Shown here: piece after piece, positions 30,259 through 37,643 of the stretch
Layout of the letters: every line of letters starts with the position of its first letter
How positions within the stretch are numbered: the stretch's first letter is position 1
From: Deltaproteobacteria bacterium UBA2409
GTDB lineage: Bacteria > Bdellovibrionota_C > UBA2361 > DDRT01
Length of the DNA: 64,000 bases
Reading direction: 5' to 3'
Assembly (NCBI GenBank): GCA_002343185.1
Contig: DDRT01000001.1
Location: 27,018-91,017, forward strand
Program-made: the position numbers and the translations under genes
The notes under the pieces: generated by a model
Seen by the model: only the letters and a program-made list of their open reading frames with translations
Databases searched by the model: none
Told to the model about the DNA's origin: nothing

Positions 30259-30374
30259 TACCTAAGCCGAAGTTCAGTCAGAATTTCATCCAACGAAGCA
30301 GTGATTTCTACGGCGTGTTTTCGCTTCGCCTGCCACCATTTGGTGTCACTCTCCTTTCTGGAAATATCTAATTC
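30258..30374 (-). pseudogene. Short open frame abutting vapC (possible decayed antitoxin remnant or conserved leader)
   Basis: 38 codons (ELDISRKESDTKWWQAKRKHAVEITASLDEILTELRLR) end in TAATG with the vapC start. There is no canonical start codon after an in-frame TAA. It is related to the sequence upstream of the Hpt gene at 40751-40856. Confidence 0.3.
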
Positions 30375-30494
30375 TTAATTTTCCATATATTTTTAAACAT
30401 TTAGAAAATTATAGGAGAGTTTCAAAATAGGGTGGTTTTAATATTCGCTAATAGAGAGAACCAATAGTTGAGAGGCGATTGGTAAGTTACTTAA

Positions 30495-30742
30495 TTGAGT
30501 AGGGTTTCTTAACCACGTATACTCAGCCCTTGGAGAAGTTAAGTTATGGAAAGACAAGTCACTACTACAGAACAGCCTAATCTTGAAGGTGCCAAAATCG
30601 GGAAAGACGGCACATTAAATGTAGCGAGCCTCTCACCAAGTCAGCAGCAAACTCTAAGAAGAATTGGTGCCATGGCACTTATCGGCGCTGGTCTCTTAGC
30701 TCCTAAAGATGCTGAAGCGGTTACGCTTATTCAGCTAAATGA
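30495..30742 (+). repeat. 248-bp block identical to 31606-31853 (leader plus codons 1-65 of the tandem PEP-CTERM genes)
   Basis: Base-by-base comparison of the two stretches shows no mismatch. The offset is 1111 bp. Confidence 0.9.
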
Positions 30743-31397
30743 AACAAATCCTAAGGATAATTTGGCAGGAGCCGCTATTTTTTGGAATGGAGGCTCAACA
30801 TCAAACATGCTAGTCGACCGTTTTAGCATTAGCGAAGGAACTACTCTTACTGAGGCATCAGTTCTAGCAAATCTAAGAACAAGTGGTGGTACTTATCGAG
30901 ATGTAAATGATCCCGTTTGGCAAACTTTTAGAATAAATTTATATAAAGATGTTGGTGGTGTTCCTGAAAATATCTTCACACCTTCATTCTCTATAGCGGT
31001 TAACTCAAGCAAAATTCTGTCGATCTCTCAAACTAATATAAGAGATGATATGGGACAATTTTTCTACAAAATGCGATTTGAGCTAAATCAAGATCTAACA
31101 ACCCCTGGAACTTATTATATGGGTATAGCATTCGATGCAACGCAACATAGCGGATCTGCGCTCCCGTCTTTGCGAATTAATGCAAATGATCTAGTTCCAT
31201 TAAATGATCCGAATATGGGCATGTTTGCTAATAGCAGCAATCAAACATGGCGAGGTCTTCAATACCCAGGCACTAATGATTATTTCGATCCTAACTATGG
31301 ACTTGAAGCTGTTCCGGAACCTGGAACTTTTATGGTAGCTGTTGTTGCTTTAGGTGCTTATGCAGCTCAGAGGGTTAAAAAAGCTTTTAGCCGTTAA
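30546..31397 (+). CDS. PEP-CTERM sorting-signal protein, paralog 1
   Basis: GGAG Shine-Dalgarno 10 nt upstream. A long N-terminal extension precedes the hydrophobic segment RRIGAMALIGAGLLAP. The C-terminus is VPEPGTFMVAVVALGAYAAQRVKK (PEP motif, TM, basic tail). Confidence 0.8.
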   Translation: MERQVTTTEQPNLEGAKIGKDGTLNVASLSPSQQQTLRRIGAMALIGAGLLAPKDAEAVTLIQLNETNPKDNLAGAAIFWNGGSTSNMLVDRFSISEGTTLTEASVLANLRTSGGTYRDVNDPVWQTFRINLYKDVGGVPENIFTPSFSIAVNSSKILSISQTNIRDDMGQFFYKMRFELNQDLTTPGTYYMGIAFDATQHSGSALPSLRINANDLVPLNDPNMGMFANSSNQTWRGLQYPGTNDYFDPNYGLEAVPEPGTFMVAVVALGAYAAQRVKKAFSR

Positions 31398-31591
31398 TAC
31401 CATACAGATGTATCAAATCCGCCAGAGCGGTCAATACAGTCTGGTTTGCCATCTACGTTGTTCTCAACCCATTCAAATGCAGATGGATCCCCATCCGACA
31501 CTATAGCCCCAGTAACCACGCAAAATGACGTGGTAAAGTTCAAATCTTCTAAATTATTAGGATACAAACAGCACCTAGACCCTAATAACTC
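31394..31591 (-). pseudogene. 5'-truncated Flp-pilin paralog (C-terminal module only)
   Basis: The open frame ...NFTTSFCVVTGAIVSDGDPSAFEWVENNVDGKPDCIDRSGGFDTSVWY* aligns with residues about 40-87 of the pilin at 32517-32780. It lacks the leader, the G/A cleavage site and the hydrophobic helix, and has no ATG. Confidence 0.6.
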
Positions 31592-31605
31592 TTATCAGTA
31601 TTTAG

Positions 31606-31853
31606 TTGAGTAGGGTTTCTTAACCACGTATACTCAGCCCTTGGAGAAGTTAAGTTATGGAAAGACAAGTCACTACTACAGAACAGCCTAATCTTGAAGG
31701 TGCCAAAATCGGGAAAGACGGCACATTAAATGTAGCGAGCCTCTCACCAAGTCAGCAGCAAACTCTAAGAAGAATTGGTGCCATGGCACTTATCGGCGCT
31801 GGTCTCTTAGCTCCTAAAGATGCTGAAGCGGTTACGCTTATTCAGCTAAATGA
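31606..31853 (+). repeat. Second copy of the 248-bp identical block
   Basis: See 30495-30742. Confidence 0.9.
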
Positions 31854-32520
31854 TAATGGCTTAAATGGACTAAGAGGTGTTGCATCTTTTTGGAACGGAG
31901 CATCAGGCAGTGCGATGGCAGTTGAGAAGTTTCAGATCGACTCACCTACAGTTCTTACTGAAGCTAGTGCTTTAGCAAATTTAAGAGTTGGACTAAGCAA
32001 CTACGGAAAACCAATCACTGACCCTCAGTGGCAAACATTTAGAGTTTTAATTTATAAAGATGTAAATGGTGTTCCAGAAAATTGGCTTCAACCATCATAC
32101 CAGATTGCAGTTAACTCAAGCATGCTGCAGTTAACTCCTACTAGCATTGTAGACAATAACAATCAGATCTTTTACAAAGCTCAGATGTCGATTAACCAAT
32201 TAATCGATCAACCAGGAACTTATCATTTAGGGATAGCTTTTGATGCAACACAGCATTCAGGATCTGCTCTTCCTGGTTTCAACACTAATATAGAAAGTTT
32301 GAATCCATTAGGACACCCTGATAATAGCCTATTCACGTCGAATGGCACTTGGAGTCAACTTCAATATCCTTCAACTGATCAGTATGTAAACATTAACTAT
32401 GGCCTAAAAGGTCAACCAGTTCCTGAGCCAGGAACCATAACTGTTGCTTTAGTTGGTCTTGGTGCTATCGCTGCAAGGAAAATCAAAAGTTCAATTGCTA
32501 GAGGCTTAGGTAGGGATTAA
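31657..32520 (+). CDS. PEP-CTERM sorting-signal protein, paralog 2
   Basis: The first 65 residues are identical to paralog 1. The C-terminus is PVPEPGTITVALVGLGAIAARKIK. Confidence 0.8.
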   Translation: MERQVTTTEQPNLEGAKIGKDGTLNVASLSPSQQQTLRRIGAMALIGAGLLAPKDAEAVTLIQLNDNGLNGLRGVASFWNGASGSAMAVEKFQIDSPTVLTEASALANLRVGLSNYGKPITDPQWQTFRVLIYKDVNGVPENWLQPSYQIAVNSSMLQLTPTSIVDNNNQIFYKAQMSINQLIDQPGTYHLGIAFDATQHSGSALPGFNTNIESLNPLGHPDNSLFTSNGTWSQLQYPSTDQYVNINYGLKGQPVPEPGTITVALVGLGAIAARKIKSSIARGLGRD

Positions 32521-32780
32521 TACCAAACTGAACCGCCAAAACCCCCAACTTCTTGACAATCTGGTCTTCCACTACCATCGTCCGGAAGCCAGTTATAAGC
32601 GTTAGCATTCCCATCCGACACTATAGCCCCAGTAACCACGCAAAATGGTCTGGTAACGTTTACACCCAAAACGCGCACCCCTCCAATAGCCAAAATAGCA
32701 ATCAGGCTTACTAAAAGTGAATACTCAACCAAAGAGGCACCGCGCTCTTTCATAGCAGTTCTATTAACGACATAATCCAT
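32517..32780 (-). CDS. Flp/Fap-type (type IVb) pilin with an extended Cys-containing C-terminus
   Basis: Flp signature KERG/ASLVEYSLLVSLIAILAIGG (G-A cleavage site, EY, hydrophobic helix). About 35 extra residues contain FC...PDC and end in SVWY. Confidence 0.7.
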   Translation of the reverse strand: MDYVVNRTAMKERGASLVEYSLLVSLIAILAIGGVRVLGVNVTRPFCVVTGAIVSDGNANAYNWLPDDGSGRPDCQEVGGFGGSVWY

Positions 32781-32896
32781 ACAGTTCTTTAACTATACCC
32801 CCTACGCGAATCTCTTATTTTAGAGATTTGCTTCAAGGAAAGTGAAACTATATTAACTTACTTTGCCTTAAGCTAAGGCTATCGTAAGATCCTGAA

Positions 32897-33631
32897 ATGA
32901 TTAATAAGCGACTCCTTTTGATGGCTGTAGTGAGTGCTGCATTTGTTGTTCTAATTGGAATATTTGCTTTCGGACTTGTAAGTCGAAAAAACAAAGCTCA
33001 TCAATTTGAAACAGTAACTATTAATTCTATTATTTCGAATCTTTCTTTAACAGAAACTGGATCTCTTAAGGTCAGTGAAGAGCTTTTTGGGGTAGCTAGA
33101 GGAAAAAATATAAAAGGTATTATCAGATTTTTTCCTGGGACATTACCTGTAAAATCAGGTATCGTCGCACCTAAAATTTTAAACCTAACAGGTCTTAATA
33201 CAAACACCTTTGAGCCTTTGTTTTTAAAGGAAGAGCCCTCAAAAGATAAAAACTCCCTTAAAATTGGTTTGGCAGAAGACAAACCCCTTAGTGGCAATTT
33301 TTCCTTTAGACTTGATTATGAGCTAGACGGATTAGTATTGAATACAGCTAGTGGAAGATATCTTTTCTTTAAACAAATATGGAATCATTCAACATCTATT
33401 GGAAAAGCAAGTGTTACTTTAAATCTGAATCACTTTGATGTGTCAGCTTTAAAAGCATGGATAGATCTAAATGAATATATCCAAGTTAGAGCAGGTGAGG
33501 CGCAAGCATATCTTCCTAAGTCAGATGAATCCTCTGTGCTAGTTAATATAGAAGGTAATGAAGCAAAGGTAATAAGCACAAGGAGACTGGCTCCTTTTGA
33601 ATCTATCTCTATAATGGTTCCTCTTTTATGA
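32897..33631 (+). CDS. Single-pass membrane protein resembling the DUF2207 N-terminal domain, paralog 1
   Basis: N-terminal TM, then I-x-S-x3-L-x3-TGSLKVSEE...G-x2-R pattern and LDYELDG. The family assignment is tentative. Confidence 0.5.
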   Translation: MINKRLLLMAVVSAAFVVLIGIFAFGLVSRKNKAHQFETVTINSIISNLSLTETGSLKVSEELFGVARGKNIKGIIRFFPGTLPVKSGIVAPKILNLTGLNTNTFEPLFLKEEPSKDKNSLKIGLAEDKPLSGNFSFRLDYELDGLVLNTASGRYLFFKQIWNHSTSIGKASVTLNLNHFDVSALKAWIDLNEYIQVRAGEAQAYLPKSDESSVLVNIEGNEAKVISTRRLAPFESISIMVPLL

Positions 33632-35127
33632 TCTTACAGATAATACCTCCCAATAGTGGGTTTGATATAAATTACAGGGCTATCTGGCCATCAAAAAAGG
33701 TGAATTTTCAATTTCTAAATGTAAATGAAAACTCAGAGGCCTCTTTTGAGTTAAGCGAAATTGCATCTATTCTCTACCTTTTTAATCCACTAAATCTCGA
33801 ATACCTCTCGATATTAAAAAGACGAAAATTGCTTGGCCTTCCTACAATAATCGAATACACAGATAACTTTCTTGAGCTGCCTCTTTGGAACCCTGCAAGA
33901 GCAACTTATGGAACAAGAAAAGGTAAGAGCATTTTTAGAAAATTTATTAAAGAAGCTACGGTAGTTACTACTACATCTGTAGGGTTTAAAGAGTATCTCG
34001 ATAAGGAATTTACACTTGATGCAGTGCTTCTTAAAAATCAACTACCTGAAAACCCTCCTCCGATTAAAGAAAAATCTAAAGAGATCTGTTGGGGAGGATC
34101 TACCGGACATATGGGAGATTTAAGAGATTTTTTACCTATTCTGAATGAACTAAACAATCGCTTTAACTTTGAAATAATGGGCGATCCTTCATTTAGTCTA
34201 ATTGCTCCGGAACTCTCTTTTACACCAGGTAAACCATATCAAGAATATTTAAACTGGTTAAGTGATTTTAAAATTGGCGTTATCCCTTTGACCTTAAATC
34301 CTTACAATAGATCAAGAAGCGACATTAAAGCAGTAGAGATGTTAAGTAGAGGAGTGGTTCCAATATGTCCCGAAGGGCCAGTGTATCAGGATATACCAAC
34401 TCCTAAATATAAAAATCCTCAAGATATTGTACAAATAGCGACTAAATTGCTTAAGGACTCTGAAACATTAAATAAGTACAGTGAACTTGGGCTAAGTTAT
34501 GTTTTACAGAATCGAGTAGATGAGAAAGAAAGAGAAAAGTTTTTTAGTTCTTTTAACTGTGAGTTTAAGGATGTTGAGCCATATAATGATACTCCACTTC
34601 CATTAGGAAAGCTTTCCCGCTTACTCGAAGCAATCTCTGAGGCACCCGAAAGTAGGGTTAGTTTAATTGAGGAATATCTATCACTTTACCCTGATTCCCT
34701 TGAGGGAAGGCTTATGTATCTAAAAGCTCTAGAAGAAGATGAAGTCCGATTTACTGAAGAATTTGAGAATATTGATCGTGAATTTCCGGATGAGCTGAGA
34801 CATTTATCTTTTAAGAACAAACTAGAACTTTTAGAGCGCCTTGAAAAGCTAAGTAAAATTGAGCGAGCTGAAGTTTTATATCAATTTAAAGATCTGTTTC
34901 TTGGGGTAACTGATATAGATATCCTAAAAAGAGCTGTTAAGGTATTCGGATCAATTCATGGGGCAAGGCTAATCTTTGAACTTGCAAACAATCTTCAAAA
35001 GCAAGGTGAGAGTGAAGAAGCAAAGGTACTTTATAAACAGCTTTATTCAATTGCACTTAGTTTTTATCCTATTCTTCCAGTAGGTTTCCCAAATTTTCAG
35101 CTTATCACCTGTCTTGCTAAAGACTAA
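33628..35127 (+). CDS. Putative GT-B-like glycosyltransferase with a C-terminal helical (TPR-like) region
   Basis: 499 aa. ATGA overlap with the upstream gene. ICWGGSTGHMGDL and IKAVEMLSRGVVPI resemble GT-B nucleotide-sugar binding segments. The C-terminal 150 aa are helical repeats. Low certainty. Confidence 0.4.
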   Translation: MILQIIPPNSGFDINYRAIWPSKKVNFQFLNVNENSEASFELSEIASILYLFNPLNLEYLSILKRRKLLGLPTIIEYTDNFLELPLWNPARATYGTRKGKSIFRKFIKEATVVTTTSVGFKEYLDKEFTLDAVLLKNQLPENPPPIKEKSKEICWGGSTGHMGDLRDFLPILNELNNRFNFEIMGDPSFSLIAPELSFTPGKPYQEYLNWLSDFKIGVIPLTLNPYNRSRSDIKAVEMLSRGVVPICPEGPVYQDIPTPKYKNPQDIVQIATKLLKDSETLNKYSELGLSYVLQNRVDEKEREKFFSSFNCEFKDVEPYNDTPLPLGKLSRLLEAISEAPESRVSLIEEYLSLYPDSLEGRLMYLKALEEDEVRFTEEFENIDREFPDELRHLSFKNKLELLERLEKLSKIERAEVLYQFKDLFLGVTDIDILKRAVKVFGSIHGARLIFELANNLQKQGESEEAKVLYKQLYSIALSFYPILPVGFPNFQLITCLAKD

Positions 35128-35199
35128 CTCTACTCGACCATATTCTTGAGTAAGATTTTTTTTAGAGTATATTTAATTTAAGATTAATAAAGGATTATT

Positions 35200-36096
35200 A
35201 TGAATATTCAACAAGTTATGGATTCTAAAGCTGGGCTACCAAAGGTAGGGGAGCTTAGTTTTGGTGATCTTCCCTCTAAATTTCAATCTGGGATGGAGAG
35301 AATAGCAGGAGAAGTCAAAGAAAAACTAGGTGTATTAATCGATCCTTCAAATTGGAGCTATAGAACTACAAGAAATAGATTAATTGCGGTTGGAGCTATT
35401 ACTACAATCAGCGCAGCCGCTTCTTCACAAATTTTTAACTATGCGGATCCCAATCTTGTCTCGGGCAATTCTGATGCTTGGGCAAGCTCATTTTCCGGGA
35501 ATAGCCAAAATAAAAATTCTGCTATAAATCAATATACACTTGATGGACCTTCTCGGATTGGAGATAGTGCTTTTCTTGTAATAAGAACCAACACCCTAAC
35601 GAGTGGAGACCCGTTGGATCCAAATTTCGCTCCAAACTTCCAGTTTGGTATTTGGCAGAAAACAAATGGTAGCTTCCCACTTTCTCAGAACCCAACCCAT
35701 CTTATAAGCTTAGACCTAGGGCAGTTGACTAGTGTTAATACAGGTAAAACTATTGCTGGTTTTCAGGTCTGGAAGTTATCTGTTCCGGAATCTGCACTCC
35801 AATTTAACCCAGAACTAAATGGAACCATTGGATTCGGGCTCAGAGGCTTTTTCAATGCGGCAGGCGCTCACTCTCCGTATGCCGTTACTGTTGGCGCGGA
35901 TTTGCAAGATCAGATCTCTTGGGGATCTAGGCTAAGCTGGGATGGTCAATTTAGACAGGACATGGGGCATCATCCAACTCAGACTGCATTTGGCCAAGAC
36001 GTGCGCTTTAATCCAGTTCCCGAACCTGGAACTATCGTAGGGGCTGGCGCTGCAATGGCTGCTTACTTATTCCGCCGCCGAAGAAAAGAAGATTAG
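35200..36096 (+). CDS. PEP-CTERM sorting-signal protein, paralog 3 (distant)
   Basis: Long N-terminal extension, then NRLIAVGAITTISAAAS. The C-terminus is NPVPEPGTIVGAGAAMAAYLFRRRRK. Confidence 0.75.
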   Translation: MNIQQVMDSKAGLPKVGELSFGDLPSKFQSGMERIAGEVKEKLGVLIDPSNWSYRTTRNRLIAVGAITTISAAASSQIFNYADPNLVSGNSDAWASSFSGNSQNKNSAINQYTLDGPSRIGDSAFLVIRTNTLTSGDPLDPNFAPNFQFGIWQKTNGSFPLSQNPTHLISLDLGQLTSVNTGKTIAGFQVWKLSVPESALQFNPELNGTIGFGLRGFFNAAGAHSPYAVTVGADLQDQISWGSRLSWDGQFRQDMGHHPTQTAFGQDVRFNPVPEPGTIVGAGAAMAAYLFRRRRKED

Positions 36097-36135
36097 TTGT
36101 TTCTTGTCTAGCTTTACTCGGGTACTCTTTTATAG

Positions 36136-36876
36136 ATGAGGGTAGAGTCAGCCAGAAAATTGGCAATTGCTGTTTTTTCATTGGCATTATTTATAGGTTT
36201 AATATCATTTTTAAAAATTGGCTTTTTTAGCTCTGTAGACATACAAAATAAATCCGCAGAAAGACTCGTAATAAACTCTCTAGTTTCAACTTTAGAATTT
36301 CGAGATCCTACAGTTCAAATAAGCGAGGAGATCTCTTTTCAGGTTTTAAAACCAATAAAAGGTCTATCAAAAACTACCCCTGAGTTTTGGCTTAATCCAC
36401 TAGGGGTATTATACCCATCTTTTGAAAACCCTTCAGCTCTTTGGGTAAATACATTTAAAGATCTAGAGGTTTCTATAGAAGACAAGGTAATAAAATATGG
36501 ACTTTCTGAAGACTCATTCCCAGAAGGGGAGCAGATTGTAAGATTAGATTATCAATTGAACGGGATCGTAATAGATAACTCCAAAATTTACTTCAGGCAA
36601 AATTCTGAATTTCCGGCATATATCAATCAGAGTAAAATATTAGTTTCTAAAAAGAATGGCTTTAACATATCCATAGATAATATTAATGCCTTCATCGAAA
36701 CAGATAAGTTTATTCAAATGGTTGGAATTGCGCCTAATGGAGACAAAATAGAGGCACCACTTCCTGAACCTGAACAATCTGTATCGGTGACTGAGAACGA
36801 AGATGGTATTTCTATTCAATCTATGAGGCGCTTAAAGCCCCTTGAATCTTTGGCTGTAATAATTACTCTACCTTGA
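36136..36876 (+). CDS. Single-pass membrane protein resembling the DUF2207 N-terminal domain, paralog 2
   Basis: Same length class (246 vs 244 aa) and shared motifs with 32897-33631 (VINSLVSTL.., LDYQLNG, RRLKPLESL vs RRLAPFESI). Confidence 0.5.
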   Translation: MRVESARKLAIAVFSLALFIGLISFLKIGFFSSVDIQNKSAERLVINSLVSTLEFRDPTVQISEEISFQVLKPIKGLSKTTPEFWLNPLGVLYPSFENPSALWVNTFKDLEVSIEDKVIKYGLSEDSFPEGEQIVRLDYQLNGIVIDNSKIYFRQNSEFPAYINQSKILVSKKNGFNISIDNINAFIETDKFIQMVGIAPNGDKIEAPLPEPEQSVSVTENEDGISIQSMRRLKPLESLAVIITLP

Positions 36877-36908
36877 TTTGTAATCTGAGCACTTCAAGTC
36901 TATGCAAA

Positions 36909-37000
36909 CTTATCACCTGTTTTGCTAAAGACTAACTCTACTAGGCCGGCACACTAGCCCACCTTTACCATCACAAGGAACTATCAATTCTTTATTTAAA
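36909..37000. repeat. Chimeric fossil junction: copy of the GT-like gene 3' end fused to a copy of the cpaB 3' end
   Basis: 36909-36942 equals 35101-35134 (34 bp, 1 mismatch). 36953-36984 equals 37657-37688 (32 bp identical), with flanking similarity over about 55 bp. Confidence 0.85.
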
Positions 37001-37033
37001 AACAGAGGTTCTTGGTGGCTGTTACCTGATTTT

Positions 37034-37211
37034 AGTATTGAGACTTGTATACCCAAACACAGGGAGTTTTCCCGTGTTTAAAACTTCATGTGTTTGGGGA
37101 TAAGCACCGTTTTCGCCAGAAAACGGGCCAGAAACATCATATACCAAAGCGGTAGAGAGTTTTGCCGAATGGCAAAACTCGATATCGCTTGGTATACAAA
37201 GTTTCAGTATT
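37034..37211 (+). other. About 180-nt highly structured element (terminal 20-bp helix plus nested hairpins): candidate ncRNA/leader or MITE-like relic
   Basis: The terminal arms 37034-37053 and 37191-37211 pair over 20 positions. The 3 non-Watson-Crick positions are all G-T in the plus sense. Internal hairpins lie at 37055-37079, 37107-37126 (8 bp) and 37157-37180 (10 bp, GAAT loop). Confidence 0.35.
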
Positions 37212-37243
37212 TTGCGCAGGTCTATTCTGTTATAATTACCTAA

Positions 37244-37453
37244 GTGGACAGGAGTAAATTATTTACTAAAAAGGGGCTTCTTTCTGAAAAGGATAAAGCT
37301 GAAGATTACGCTGAGTGGAATGCTTTAGGCGATGAGGCTAAATTTAAAGCCGCTTGGGAACTTGTCACAACCGCATACATAATTCAGGGAAGAGACTTAA
37401 ATGAACTCAGATTTCAAAGATCTGTTACGAATATTGAACGAGGTCGGTTCTAG
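37244..37453 (+). CDS. Small protein of a two-gene cassette usually paired with a DUF6036-like nucleotidyltransferase
   Basis: 69 aa with a GTG start. The tail LRFQRSVTNIERG and the W..L...E...AWEL pattern resemble small partners of such NTase genes. It overlaps the NTase remnant start. Confidence 0.45.
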   Translation: MDRSKLFTKKGLLSEKDKAEDYAEWNALGDEAKFKAAWELVTTAYIIQGRDLNELRFQRSVTNIERGRF

Positions 37454-37626
37454 GTTCCTCGTTGTCGGCGGATATGAAGTCATTCGATAGTAAAGAAGTA
37501 TCAAGTGTGGGTGATATTTCGATTCCTTTTATTTCACGGGAAGATCTGATTAATGCTAAGCTTGCTGCGGGTCGTCCCCAAGATTTATTTGATGCAGCAG
37601 CGTTGACAAAATCAAAGCTAAAATGA
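37401..37626 (+). pseudogene. Decayed nucleotidyltransferase-like (DUF6036-type) gene with an internal deletion and frameshift
   Basis: The N-terminal fragment MNSDFKDLLRILNEVGSRFLVVGGYEVIR* spans 37401-37490. The C-terminal fragment ..SIPFISREDLINAKLAAGRPQDLFDAAAL..* spans 37507-37626 in another frame. The middle of the protein is missing. Confidence 0.55.
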
Positions 37627-37643
37627 AATAACTTTATCTTCTC

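Noticed and set aside
30546-30742. Twin-arginine (Tat) signal in the PEP-CTERM heads (TLRRIGAMAL)
   Set aside because: An RR pair is present but the following residues do not fit S/T-R-R-x-F-L-K. The call would need a predictor.
37034-37211. Retron msr/msd, or omega-RNA of an IS200/605-type element
   Set aside because: No reverse transcriptase, TnpB or IscB ORF is adjacent. Only a decayed small-protein/NTase cassette follows. It is reported as an unclassified structured element instead.
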